Positions 23,671 to 36,784 are shown, counted from the whole stretch's first letter. The stretch is 63,542 nt of DNA, filler included, from Reclinomonas americana ATCC 50394 (GCA_048213135.1; 16 parts of 16 records of this genome joined end to end with filler, not necessarily neighbours in it); one strand, 5' to 3'. Translations and numbers: made by a program. Notes: generated by a model from the letters alone, not told the origin.

Positions 23671-24189
23671 GCTGCTGCTGCGGCGGCGACGACGACGACG
23701 ACCAAGACGACGACAAAGGCGGCGGCGGCGAGGGGCGGCAAGAAGGGAGGACGAGGTGCTGGGCGTGGTGGAGCGAGGGGGCGTGGTGGAGGACGCGGTC
23801 GTGGCCGGCCGCCTGGATCGACCTCGCGAAAGAAGCAGCAGCAGGAAGAGGAGGAGGTGGAGGAGGAGATGCTGAGCAATGCCGATTTCCTCTCCATGAT
23901 TGTCGAGTCGGAGCATCCGCCGGGTCACCAGGAGGCTCCTATACCGCCGCCGGCGCCGGCGCGTCGAGAGCGGCGCATGCCTACAGTGCTGCAGGCGGCG
24001 TGGGACGAGGATGTGGTGCTCGGCATTCGCGTGCTGAGCTCCGCCACGCCATTCGACGATTCCGCGTTTATTGGTGGCGACGACGTCGATGCTGAAGTCG
24101 GCGACCAAGATGCACCAATGCAGGCCAACGGCCATGTGCAGGGCATGGTCGACGACGGCGATGAGGAAATGCTCGACAATGAATTGTGA
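23671..24189 (+). CDS. 3' fragment of a gene encoding an AT-hook/RGG-rich, acidic protein
   Basis: Open frame from the gap: AAAATTTT..RGGKKGGRGAGRGGARGRGGGRGRGRPPGSTSRKK...EEMLDNEL*. GRP is an AT-hook core. Confidence 0.6.
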   Translation, partial: AAAAAATTTTTKTTTKAAAARGGKKGGRGAGRGGARGRGGGRGRGRPPGSTSRKKQQQEEEEVEEEMLSNADFLSMIVESEHPPGHQEAPIPPPAPARRERRMPTVLQAAWDEDVVLGIRVLSSATPFDDSAFIGGDDVDAEVGDQDAPMQANGHVQGMVDDGDEEMLDNEL

Positions 24190-24405
24190 TTGCTTTTTTG
24201 CAACACAACTTTCTCTCAGTTTTTCTTCATTAGCTCCTTCGCCCACTAACAAACACACACGCAAATGGAGACACCAGTGCCACCACGTCTCTCGAACTTA
24301 TGCGAGACGGTGCAAAGGTTGTTTCTTTTTTTCCCGTATTTTTTCTTATTCGTCGACGCCCGTCAAGAAGAACCTGCACGAAGTACACGAGTGAGCTTTT
24401 CGAGA

Positions 24406-27400
24406 TCAGCATGCGCCCCTGCACACAACACCACTCACCCTGATCCGTCTCCCTTGGTTGGTAGCGGCTCGGCGGGCTTTGACAACGCGGACGGTGATGA
24501 AGCGGCACTGGCCGCTGGCTCCACCATGACCGAGGTCGGCGACAGCGTCGGCGCGGGTGATGCGCGAACAGAAGAAGATCCTGCGCCTTGCGTGAGACCA
24601 AGAACGAAACAACAGGGTGGGGAGGAAAGAGGGTTGCGTGGCGAAACCTTCTGGTCTCTTGAGAGGTGGAGACGATCCAGCGGCCTTCTTGCGCGAGCTG
24701 TCGCGACTCGAAGATTGCACCGACATGTTGGCGGCGGCCACAGGCGGCGGTGATGGTGCCCTCCGGCTGCTCATGGTCATCGAGGCATCCATGGGCATCA
24801 CCGGAGGCGCATAGTGCACCTGGGTGAGCTCCAGCGGCTGCGGCGGCTTCTTGGGTGGCAAGTGCGCCTCGCAGATTTTATCCAGGTACGAAATCTCAAT
24901 CAGTGTTCTGCAATTGCCAAGCGTGGGTGAGTGAGTGTGACCCCGATTTCACGACGTGATGTGCTGCAGGGACACGCAACGAGTCGTGCATGTGCAGCTG
25001 GCAGGTGAGGCACACTTGAATGGTACGATCGAGGAACGAATCCTGTTCGCACAAGAGAGCGAACTGCTTCTCCACCTCCGCCTGCGGCACGTAGGCCGAG
25101 GGACGCAACAGAGGTTCCACCTTTTGGATGAGGAACGGAACGTTGGCTGAGAAACCGAGCTCGGCCAGCGTCTCTGGGGTGGAGAAATCAAACAGGTTCT
25201 CTTGCGGATCGCGATGGTTGTTTGCACCTGCAATTTCTCCGACACGTGAGGCACACACACATAGGTGTGTTCACGAGTAGGGTAACGCACCTAGGGGACT
25301 ATTGGTAATCATGCGCAAGTGCCGAAGCACGGCGCGGTATGAAATCGTAAACTTCTCTCCCGGGTCGATCCACGCATTACAGCGCGGACACATGGACTTG
25401 AGATTGGCGGTGAGCAGGTCACGCAGTTTTCGATTCTGCAGCACGCTGGTGAGACAAAGCTAGTCCCTTCCACTGAAACACATACAACAAACCTCCGTAT
25501 CCTCCGACTGCAAAATCGTGGAGGCGGCCTGACGCATGGCCATTCCGCGGCTACCGGCAGCCACCTGCAGCTTCGCCTTGTTGGTCTCCAGCGCCACCTC
25601 CAGCACCACGTTTGGCGGCAGCGTCGGCTTTTGCAGCGACTGAACGTTGCTGGCCAACCGGAGGGCCTCGCAGTACGTCACGCAGTACTGGCCGGCACGC
25701 AATGGCCGCAAGTACACGACCATTTGCCGCACAATGGCGTCGGTGGGCACGTCCAGCGTCAACTCGTTGCGCGCCGTGATGCTCTGCTTAATCATGTCGG
25801 CAATCGTGTACGCGATCTGCGAGAGATGCTCTCGCGTCTCGCGGTGCTTGATGTGGACCGGCATGGAGAACACGTCGGGCGCATCGAATGTTCCACAGCG
25901 TTCGTTCGGCGGCAAGTAGAACTCCTTCAGCAGGCTGTTGTTCATGCGCTTCTCGCATTGCACCATGCGGTTGGAGAGCGTGATCTTGACCAGCGTGTGC
26001 CGCTCGGTGGGTGGGTGGATGAACTTTTGCAAGTAGCCGACCTGGTGCGTGTTGTTGTGCACCACGTGCTCTGTTGATGAAGGAAGGACTGGTGAGTGGA
26101 CAAGGCGAAAGTGCGGAAGGTGGGGATGTGAGAGAACGCAACTGAATGCCTCTTCGTCGAGGTACGTGGTCTGCATGCGGCCCTCGGCCACAAAGACGAG
26201 CATGGCGACCACATAACCGCGTGGGTGGCCGGCGCAGTTGCGCAGGAATCCCTCGATGATGGTCGCCGGAGTGATTTCTCGCGGCTCCTTCTTCGACACA
26301 AAGCCGTGTGAGTCCGTAAAGTACCACGCCGCCGGCTGACCGTAGTTGTAGAGCACTGTGTCGGGCACGAACACGTCGGCGTGACGAACGCGCGCTGACA
26401 GCGCCAGCAGTTCGAGGAACGTGAAAACGTCGGCCGTCTTCGGATTCCTCGAATCCAGCTTCGACTCCCACTCCTCCAACCGCGTGCGTCGCATGAGTGC
26501 GGCCATGTTCGCCGACGACTGCACCGACTGCTGCTGCGCCTGCTGTTGTTGCTGCTGCTGTTGTTGCTGCTGTTGCTGTTGTTGTGACTGTTGCTGCTGC
26601 TGCTGCATCTGTTGTTGTTGCTGCTGCTGACCCTTGCCCATAGTTTGGAATCCGGAGAGCAGCGAACCGTCCAGCACACCCGACGTGACCGACATGGTGC
26701 GCGATCGCATTCCCACCTGCGGCAGCATCGGGCTGCTGCCGGCACCTCCGAGTGCCGGTGTCGACATGCTGTTCGAGCCACTGGAGGGTGGCGGAACGCC
26801 GGGCGACTGACCGACGGGCTGGAGGATGCGGCGATTGAGAACGAGGCGCGGACCACCATTGCTACCGCCGGCAACAACGCGGTCGGGATCAAACGAGCTC
26901 GACGGATCGTCGTCACCCATGTCGTCGTCGTACTGCGCCGACAAGTCGCGGTGGTGGTGCGGGTGACGGTGTGGGTGATGTTGCTGCGGGTGGTGTTGCG
27001 AGTGGTGCGGATGATGGTGCATGTGGTGATGTTGTTGTTGCGGATGCAAGGAGCGCTGCGGTTGGGCGTCGTCATCCTCGCTGTCGTCATCATCGTCGTC
27101 CAACATGAAATCCGCCGACGGCGACGCCTCAGAGAACGACGGGCTGCGTGAGCGAGAGGCCATGGGCATTCCGCTGCTGTCGAGCAGGTGGACGCGTCGA
27201 CGCGACGGAGAGCCGCCGCTGGCCATTGACGACTGTGACGGCGAGGCGACTTGCGTGGTGATCAATGTGGGCGCCGCCGGTGATCCGGGTGCGCTCTGCG
27301 TGAATCCGTCGCCGCGGTAATCCGCCGTGCCGGTGCGCTCCGGCGACACCGACTGCATGCGTTGTGTGTGGGAGCGTTCCTGATACCGCCGCCGACTGTG

Positions 27401-28856
27401 GTCGCGCACTTGTCGAGCGTACAGTTTGCCCTGCTCGATGCTCTCCATTCGGTCCGACGGGACCACGTTGCGCTTGGGGCGTGTGATGGCAGGCTGGGGA
27501 TGGAAGCAATGGGGGAAAGTGAGTGTGGGTGGAGGGCGAAGGGGGAGAGGGGGAAGGGGGAAGACGGATGGAAGGGAAGACGGAGGGGGAGACGAAATGG
27601 GGGAAGTCGGAAGGGGGAAGACGGAAGGGGGAAGACGGAAGGGGGGAAGACGGAAGGGGGGAGACGAAATGGGGGAAGTCGGAAGGGGGAAGACGAAGGG
27701 GGAAGACGAAGGGGGAAGACGAAGGGAGGAAGACGAAGGGAGGAAGACAAAGGGGGGAAGCATAAGGGAAGACGGAAGGGAAGACGGAAGGAGTGGACAG
27801 GAAAACAAAAAGAGAGCAGACCATCAGCCAGACACGAGGCGACAAGAAAGACAGAAAGGACAAGCACCGATAAACAAACACACATCGTCGAAGACAGACA
27901 GAAACAGCAAGAGAGGGAGAGAGAGAGAGAGGATGGTCGATGACGCACCACCAGCTCCCGCGGAACAAACGCCTTGACCAGCGCCAAATCAAACGCCGGT
28001 TTCGTCTTCCCACTGCGATCGCCACCGGCGCTGCTGCTGGCGAACCCAGCTCCGGGGCTGACACTCCGCGACGTCGGTCGCCCATACACATTCGACACAT
28101 GCGCATTGGCGTGCCAGCTGCCTCCGCTCTGCCCACCCGCCGACATGGGCGGCTGCGGCGGCACACTTAGCCGCCCCGAGGCCGACGCCGACGCCGCGCC
28201 TGCATTCTCATCAATCGGCTGCAAATGATGCGGCCGCCGTCGCGAGTCCGGGTGCGGTCTCGGCTTGCCGGGACTGCGTCCCGAACGCGTGGCCGGCCAC
28301 GATCCCAACGACGCCGGTGCAGTCGGCGGCGGTCTCAGCACGCCATCATATCCTGTCGTCAGCGTGGTAACTGATGGTCGAATGAGACCAGCTCGAGGTG
28401 CCGGCAATTCGACCAAATACGGCGACCGGTTCATGGCCTGCCACACACCAAGGCAGTTGTCAGCGGAACAACAACAGCAGTGTAACTCCATGCGCGTTGT
28501 CGATACCTTGCGGTACTGTGACATGTGCTCCTGATGATGCGCATCCAGCGATGCACCACCGTCCATCATCATCATCAGTGGCGTTCCTCGCTTCTAATGC
28601 ACTCGAATCAGTGTTGCTTGCAGTGTGAGAGAGACACACACACACACGCGCGCGCGCTCACCACCATGTATGCCTCACTGGAGACGGGCATGATGCTATC
28701 CCCAATGATCTCCTCCTCCTCCTCCTCTGCCTCTTCTGTATCTCTTTCGATATCATGAGGAGCAGCGTTTTCACGATTGCTGCTCGACGACGACGCAGGT
28801 CGCTGCTGTTGCTCGCTGCTTGTGATGCGTGCCACCTCGTTGTCAAGCACCTCCAT
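24406..28856 (-). CDS. Large hypothetical protein: disordered polyQ/His N-half plus a globular C-half with CxxC pairs (about 10 exons)
   Basis: In-frame exons from MEVLDNEV (28856) through FVPDTVLY..AWYFTD..GFVSKK, YLQKFIHP, CPRC..FTISYRAVLRH and FLDRTIQVCLTC. The last exon's end is uncertain (24365-24406). Confidence 0.7.
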
Positions 28857-29392
28857 GATCACAGGCTCCTCCTGTGAGTGAGTGAGTGTGAGTGAGTGAT
28901 TGACTCGTTACAACACGTGCCCGCTGCAATACACCGCCGACTCTCTCTCCTGTGTGTGACTCTCTCTCGTGCGCATTGAACACACCTGTCTGTGTGCACA
29001 CACGAGCGCGGGGAGACAGCGAGAGAGAGAGAGAAAGAGAGGCACGTGCGCGTGAGTGACAAGTGCTCCTCTTGTTCTCGCAAGAAATCACAATGGCCTC
29101 TTTTTAACGGCCTCTTTCGCGGTTTGCCCTCAATTATTTCTCGACAGTTTTTGTGACTCCGTGCGCACTCTCCCCATCTCACTCTTCGCATGCGCGCACA
29201 CACACAGACAGAGAGACAGACAAGTCACCATCATATAGTCGTTTTCCGAGAACCTGCTGAGGTGTGCGCGTGCCCTCGACCGGCTAATGCGATTGGACGA
29301 TGACAGGTGTCACATCAACACGATTCACTCACTGCAAGATCGTTCGCCGGGGGGGTCTCTATCCCCTATCTTGCTCTCTCTCTCTCTGTTGC

Positions 29393-30509
29393 TTAGCTGG
29401 AGCGCCCGGGTCCGGTGGCGTGACCGCCGCCCAGCGACGACTTGGCCTTGTTTCCGCCACTCCTGGCCGGTCGGCCGAGCAGCGACTCGAGGCGCTCGCA
29501 CGAGGCCAACGGTCGTTCCTCGTACTGAGCATTCACTCGGTTGCGCGCCTCCTTTCGTATCCGCTCCTGCATTCGATGAGCGACGGAGATATAATACTGC
29601 AGCGTAATAACAGCACGAAACTTCGTTTCGCTCGTTTTGGCACATGTGAGTCAGAATCCGCATGGCCTCGCGCTTGACTTTTTCCTTTAGCACACGCATG
29701 TTGTGGGGGTTTTGTCGGTTCTCTGTGTAGAATTCCTTGGTCACCCAGAACTGTGCGAGGCCAACATGGTAAGCACACAGATTGACCAATGCAAGTGTAC
29801 ATCTCTCTCTCTCTCACACGAACCGGTATTGTCTCATTGTTCTCCGTGACGGTCATTGGTACGGTGTGCACGTCCGTCTGCTCCATCGACCATGGTGACG
29901 ATGGCGAACTGCCCAGGGTCGACAAGAGCGACACGACGACAATCAACAGGATCGGCAACAGGTGCACCAACTGGCCAATGCCGATGTTTTCGGCCGGTGG
30001 TCGTGGACCTCTGCGTCACACACACACACACGTGTGAGGTGTGAAGAAAAATGCCACTGCTCCTGATTGTGAGGAGAAAACTAACCTTTGTTGCCGCGCA
30101 TACATGTACTCATCCTCGTCCCGCTCGTCCACCTCTGCCGTGCGCGCATGCTGCCGCCGCCGCATGCCTGGCTGCGCAAAGAATGGTGACGGGCCGCCAA
30201 AGAACCGATAAAAGATGTAGTCCTCTGCGGTCATGCCGTGTGGCATACCCGCGGCAAAGTGCATGTCTGCGACGAGACAATGAGGCAGAGGACAGGGGGG
30301 CGAGAAGGGGAAAGCAACGCACCATCGGGTGATCCGCCGCCCCGCTTCAAGCCCTCCTCGCCGCGCTCGTCATAGATGCGACGCTTGTCGGCGGTGTTGA
30401 GAACGGTGAAGGCCTCGGTGAGGCGCTTGAAGGCGTCTTGTGCCTTCGGGTGGCGGTTTTTGTCGGGGTGGACGCGGAGGGCGAGTTTGCGGTAGGCTTT
30501 CACGATGTC
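29393..30509 (-). CDS. DNAJB12: DNAJB12/B14-like ER membrane J protein; 5' end missing
   Basis: [37 protein letters not shown] segment [21 protein letters not shown]1977-like tail with CQNE...ASCERL. Confidence 0.8.
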
Positions 30510-30750
30510 CTGTATGAGGGGGGAGGTTAGAAGGAAGGGAGGGGGAAGGGGATAGGGGGGGAAGGAGGGGAAGAGGGGAGAGGGGAAGGGGAAAGGGGAG
30601 GGGAAAGGGGAAGGGGAAAGGGGAAGGGGAAAGGGGAAGGGGAAAGGGGAGGGGAAGGGAAGGGGAAGGGAGCGTGTGAGGGAGAGATAGAGAATGTGCA
30701 GTGCTTCTCTCGTTCTCGGTGATTGAGTGTGTGGCACTGCGTGTAAGTGC

Positions 30751-30782
<32 letters not shown>

Positions 30783-31041
30783 AAGAGAGAAAGCAGGCTG
30801 GACGAGTACGTGTAAGTATGTGTGCGTGAGAGAGAGAGAGAGAGTAACGAACGGTGAATTCTCTCCATCTCTATCTCCATGAGTGCGTGAGGGGGAAAGT
30901 GTGTTTGAAAGTGAGAGAGCAAGCGCACAGAAAAAGAGACANNNNNNNNNNNNNNNNNNNNNNNNNNNNNNNNNNNNNNNNNNNNTTAATTAATTAANNN
31001 NNNNNNNNNNNNNNNNNNNNNNNNNNNNNNNNNNNNNNNNN

Positions 31042-31240
31042 AGGAGCAGCGAGAGCAGCGAGAGGAGGAGCAGCGAGAGCAGCGAGAGGAGGAGCAGCGA
31101 GAGCAGCGAGAGGAGGAGCAGCGAGAGCAGCGAGAGGAGGAGCAGCGAGAGCAGCGAGAGGAGGAGCAGCGAGAACAGCGAGAGGAGGAGCAGCGAGGCG
31201 AGGAGCAGCGAGAGGAGGAGCAGCGAGAGGAGGAGCAGCG
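31042..31240. repeat. 24-bp tandem repeat (ggagcagcgagagcagcgagagga)n, probably intronic
   Basis: Directly visible; runs into a gap. Confidence 0.9.
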
Positions 31241-31330
31241 AAAGGAAGAAGACCGAGATCAGGAAACGAATCCGAGAGGCGAAGACAAGTGCACAACTGG
31301 AGCATCCACGCAGCCTGCCGCATTACAAAC

Positions 31331-32056
31331 CTCGCGAATGCGGGCACACGCACGTAATCGCCGCCGCAACGGCACACATCACCATACTGCAGAACGCAAA
31401 CAGCACCGAGGCCGCCGGTCCCGTCATGCTAAACAATTCCGGCTATACAGACAATCAAATACATCATTACAACAGCGCTCCCATCATCCAGCACAGCCGT
31501 CCTCCTTCTCCTGCGCAACTTTCGACGCCGACATGACCGCCGGCAACGCCCCACTCATCGCAATCAACAGCCCGCCCAGCACACGCACTTGCAAATCGTG
31601 AAGCGCATCGCGATCCCCTTCCACGCCCTCATTGCGCAACACGGTCGACATCGACTTCCGCCGCCGCTTGCGCTGCTGCTCGGCCTCGCTCGCCGGCGGG
31701 ACAATGACACGAACAACCCTCCGATGATGATGATGATGATGTGTGGATGCTGAAGCTGAGGACGACGATGAAGTGCGCTTGTGACGTCGTCGTTTCCGTC
31801 GGGCAACCGGCACCGGTGTCATGTCCTCCTCGACGAGTGCGATGGTGGTCTCACCCGCCGACTGTGTGTGAATGACGGTGCTGTTGAGTGTGGTGGCACG
31901 CGTGTCATCATCATCTTCTTCCTCGTCATTGTCTTCCTCCTCCTCGTCAGCAGTGAGGTCGGCGTTGGGTAATGAGCGTGTGACCATGTGTGAGGGAGGC
32001 ACGTCGTCGGTGATGGGAGAGAGTGGGGGTGGAGAGGAGCGCGTGCCGACCGGCAT
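31331..32056 (-). CDS. Hypothetical membrane protein, 5' part
   Basis: MPVGTRSS... acidic/basic disordered region, then hydrophobic segments VLGGLLIAMSGALPAVM and AASVLFAFCSMVMCAVAAAITCVC joined by an intron starting at 31519. Confidence 0.55.
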
Positions 32057-32355
32057 GTCGAACAAAACACACACGCGCGCGCACCAGTGCACACGAGGGA
32101 TGAGAGAGAGTGGGGAGAGAGAGAGAGAGGAGATTGAGAGCGCGTAATGGGCTTGCGCGTGTGTGTGTAGTGTGTGACAACAATGCACTGTAGATGCCCG
32201 TTTCTGCGGGTTGTCTACAGAAGATTCGAATGAACAACTTTACTTGTCCACAGCTGCATGCTGAGCACCACTACGAGTAACTGAGACATCCCAGACACAG
32301 TTGTGTGAGAAAAAAAGTCGAAATGTCGTGAAAACACTTCATCCACCACACAACA

Positions 32356-32393
32356 ACAATTCATTCACCAACAAACAAGCAACAGCTGTCTTG
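32356..32393 (+). repeat. Truncated copy of a dispersed repeat
   Basis: 38 bp identical to 47351-47388. Confidence 0.9.
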
Positions 32394-32458
32394 AATAGGA
32401 AATGGAGGAAAGCACACGTGACAGAAGCTGACGGCCCCAGCCTCCCATGGCAATCGGC

Positions 32459-33667
32459 TCACAGATGCCTCTCAGGGTCGCCAAACGATCGCTGCACCAC
32501 GACCTCCGCCTCCTCGACGATGAAACAGCGCAGCACCATCTCAGGCAGACATCGTGAGTCCAACTCTTCCTCTTCCTCCTGCTGCTGCCGCTGCATCTCC
32601 TGCACAACCATCATTGCTGAGCGCGCTGCGAAGAGTTCCAGCTGCGCGAGGCCGCATGGAGTGGACCAAACACGCAATCTCTTGTCCGCACTGCCGCTCA
32701 CGATGTGTTGACCATTGGAAGCGATGGCGACTGACTCCACCGAAAATGAGTGTCCCTCCAGTCGGTGCACTTCCTCCCCGCTCGCCAGTGACCACACTCG
32801 CACAGTCTTGTCCTCACTGCCACTCACGACATGCTTGCCGTCGGGAGTGCAAGCGAGAGACCGCACCCATCCAGTGTGCCCTTCCAACCGGCGCACTTCT
32901 TCGCCGCTCGCAACAGACCACACTCGCACTACTCTGTCCTCACCCCCACTCACCACGTGCTGCCCGTCGGGAGAGAAAGCGACAGACCACACCCAATCTG
33001 TGTGTCCCTCCAGCCGTCGCACCTCTTCCCCACTCGCCAGTGACCACACACGCACTGTCATGTCATAGCTTCCGCTCACAACATGCTGGCCATCGCGAGC
33101 GACGGCGACAGACATCACCCAATGAGTGTGTCCCTCCAATCGTCGCACCTCTTCCCCANNNNNNNNNNNNNNNNNNNNNNNNNNNNNNNNNNNNNNNNNN
33201 NNTTAATTAATTAANNNNNNNNNNNNNNNNNNNNNNNNNNNNNNNNNNNNNNNNNNNNCCTCTCCACTCTCAAATGAGCACACACGCACGATCTTGTCCA
33301 TACACGCAGTTACCACATGCCGACCATCGGGTGTGATGGCGATAGACGTAACCCCGTGGGCGTGTCCCTCGAATCGCCGAACCTCCTCCCCACTCACCAG
33401 GGACCACACTCGCACTGTTCTGTCCCATCCCCCGCTCACAAAGTGCTGACCGTCGGGAATGGCGGCCACAGTCCACACCACAAGAGTGTGTCCCTCCAGA
33501 CATCGCACTTTCTCCCCAGTTGCCAGTGACCACACTCGCACAGTCTGGTCGTTTCCCCCACTCAAGACGTGCTGGCCATCGGGAGTGACGGCAACAGCAT
33601 ACACACCCCAGATGTGTCCCTCCAAGATATGCTGGCAGAGGAAGACAGGGCGAGGAGTCGTTGACAT
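32459..33667 (-). CDS. Intronless 7-bladed WD40 protein with conserved tail (paralog of 18698-19794); spans a gap
   Basis: MSTTPRPVFLCQ start, 3 repeats before and 4 after the gap, in-frame tail WSTPCGLAQLELFAARSAM...RCLPEMVLRCFIVEEAEVVVQRSFGDPERHL*. Confidence 0.88.
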
Positions 33668-35044
33668 TGTGCGTGAGAGGGGCGAGAGATGCTGTGCGTG
33701 CGAGATTGAGAGAAAACTGAATGTCCCCTCTTGCGTGACGGATTCTCGACGTCGTCGTCTCCAAGTGCACACGGTGAGTTAATCGAGGATGCATCTGAGG
33801 GAAGAGGGGAATGCACCAATGGCTGTGCTCCAACGCATACGCAGCGCAAACGCTGACGTCGAATTCGAATTCGCGGTCGAAGTATCGTCAAGATCTTGGC
33901 ATGCGCATCTCCATGTGGGCCCCGGATCCGGACCTGGACCCAAGGGAGACAGTGCTATTATCTGCTGGTGCGTCTTGCATGCAGACGCGTACGTGCAGCT
34001 GCATGCAGGACGTCGACTTCGCGAATGAATTCGAATTCATTCCTCAACTTCCAAAGCTCCAGCAGATCGAATTCTCCGCGACTGCATGTAGCAGATTAGC
34101 CTCTACACAGTGGTTACTCTGCCTCTTTCTTTGAAACGAGTGCTTCGAATTCTTCCGAATCCGGACTTTCGATCGCGATCGTTCCGAATTCGTTGGACAA
34201 TCGATTAAAATGGCAGTGGCCTCGCCGCCCTTCGCGTCGTCTACTCTGCCAACGCCGTCGTGGCGGGTGTGATCTCCCTCATGTCCATCTTCTCTNNNNN
34301 NNNNNNNNNNNNNNNNNNNNNNNNNNNNNNNNNNNNNNNTTAATTAATTAANNNNNNNNNNNNNNNNNNNNNNNNNNNNNNNNNNNNNNNNNNNNTTCTT
34401 CTGCTCCCGTGCTGGAGCAGAGGTCAACGTCGGTCTTCCCAACTCCTTGCTCACTGGCCACACCATGACTCAAGTTGCCCTCGCCAGCGACTACTCACGA
34501 TTCATTGTTCCTTGTGTTTCTGTCACACTTACGCAGTGCACGACTCCTTTCCCCTTGCTCGGTGCCAGATTGTTCCTTGTTCACTGGCCACACTATTACC
34601 GGGCAGTTGCTCGTGCCTTTCGTCGCCACCGTTTTCCTCGCTCGACCGTCCACTCATCTGAGCCCCACACCACCTCCTTCTCGTGTTTTTCTCATCATGG
34701 AGACGCCATTCATTCATATAAGTTCCTTCTTGTTGTACCATTCGTCGACGTCGCCACCACCACACCCATATTTTTCTTCGAGTGTGGAGTCGACGACAAG
34801 GACAACTAGAAAGCATAGTAGTGCACAAGTGGGCGCGCAAGCTCAACGTGCACGCACACATTTAAAAAGAAGCATGGAGAAGAAGACAGCAAACAGGGAG
34901 TGGAGCACCCACAAGCAGTATAGCTCACGCGAAACTCAAAGAAAGAAGAGTTGTGGGGTGGGTGAGGTGATTGCCAAGTGTGTTTTTTGTGGAGCAAGAT
35001 AAAAGTGAGCTTGAGAACAAAGGGTGCTGAGTATACAAGGGGGT

Positions 35045-36784
35045 TCACGGAGCAAGGCCGTCGACGCCAAGCATCGCTTCCGCGTCGCTGCCGTACTCGG
35101 CGGCGTACTCGAGGCCACCAAAGAAGCCATCGAGGGGCGCGGGCGCCTCGGGGTCCGCCATGAAGCTGCTGGACGAAGAGCGCAGCATCCAGGCGTTGTG
35201 TCGGCTGCCGTCGGCCAGGGCCATGGTCGGCGACGGCGGCAGCAGCGACGGGAACGATCTCGCCGTCGTCCACGCCGTTTCGGTGGCGTTGATGTGCAGC
35301 GCGGTCGATGAGATCGACGAGGCGGCAGCTGCGGCGGCGGCGGCGGAGGCACCGACCTGCTGCACCACCGCCGCCGGAGCGGTCGATGTGGGTGACTGCA
35401 TGTCGACCATGTCCATGTCGGTGCCGGTGGCGCACGAGGCACCCACCAGCACTTGCGGTGGGTACATGGCCGGCAGCGCCACTTGCACGTGCATGCCAGT
35501 CAGGCCGCCAGTCGGGCTCATGAAGCCGCCGCCAAACGAGAACGCCGCCGGCGCTGCTGGCGGAGGCATGGCAGTAGTGGTAGTCGTGGTGGTAGTGGTG
35601 GTGTGGGCGCCGGTGGGCGACACCATGTGCACGTAGGCGGCCTCGTTGTACTCGTACGCCTCCTCCCGCTTGTACTGCACGTACGGCAGCGACGGTGGCG
35701 GCAGCTGCGAGGTCTCCACCTGCAGCGGTGGCGACGGGAAATAACGTCGCTGTTGCTGCTGCTGCTGCTGCTCCTCACGCTCGCATTCCTGCTTCTGCTG
35801 CTGATCGGCGTGTCGCGGCGACGTGTTGGCGCTGACCTGGATCGACGCACCGAGCGCGGCCATCATGGCCTCGGAGCCAAAGTAGTTGGCCTCCATCTCC
35901 TCATCGGCCGACGACGACGACACCATCGACGAGCCCGACGTGGTGCGGCTGTGGAAGCCGTGCCGCAGCGCGGCCAGTCGCTCCCGCAGAATCGCATGCT
36001 GCGTGCACACCAGCGGATCGACCTCGTCGGGGGTGATCTCCTCGGGGCTGCGGTACTTGCGGTTCGGCTTTGGTCGCTTCGTCTGCGACAAAGCCTGTCC
36101 GCGCGCCACCTTGCGCGACAGACTCGAGTTCCAGCGGTTCTTCACCGAGTTGGCGGTGCGTCCGGGCAGGTGCGCCGAGATCTTCGACCATTGATTGCCA
36201 AACGACCCGTGCAGCGCCACAATCAGCTCGTCCTCTTCCAGTGTCCACCAGGCCTTGTTCAGCGCAGGGTTCAGATGGTTCGACCAGCGCTCACGGAGTT
36301 GCTTGCCGGTTCTAAAGGAGAAAAGAGAGAAAAGAGTGAGAAGCATATTCAAAAGCTCTTGTGTTCACTCACTCACTTCACAAGCACACACTCTTGCTCC
36401 CTTGTCTTCCTCACACTCTTTCCCTCTCTCTTATCTCTCATTCACTCCCTTCTCTCCCTCTTCCCCTCCCTCCCTCCCTCCCTCTCTCACTCACTCTCAC
36501 ACTCTTTCTCACACACTCTTTCCCTCCCTCTTGATTGCTCAATCTGTGTCCGATTGCGAGACAAACCTTCCAGGCATGTGCTCTGCGAGATATCTCCATC
36601 GACTGGCGCCATTGCGCTCGACCAGCAATAGCAGCAGCTCGTCTTCTTCTTGTGTCCACGCGCCTGTCACAAGAAGAGAGAAAAGAAAAAAAGAGAAAAT
36701 GAGTTTTTGCTTATGTAGTGAGAGTGAGCGGGTGTGTGTACCTTTCACGACTGGCAGCGTGCTTGTTGTTGTTGTTGTTGACAT
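35045..36784 (-). CDS. R2R3-type MYB transcription factor (3 exons)
   Basis: KGAWTQEEDELL..RWRYLAEHMPGRTGKQLRERWSNHLNPAL..WTLEEDELIVALHGSFGNQWSKISAHLPGRTANSVKNRWNS. Confidence 0.92.

Noticed and set aside
30850..30880. MEIEMERIH as the first exon of the DNAJB12-like gene
   Set aside because: No exon supplying J-domain helix I could be linked; the 5' end probably lies in the gap.
33861..34152. GAA/TTC arrays as heat-shock elements
   Set aside because: The spacing is GAATTC, not nGAAnnTTCn, and neighbouring motifs share the symmetry with unrelated triplets.
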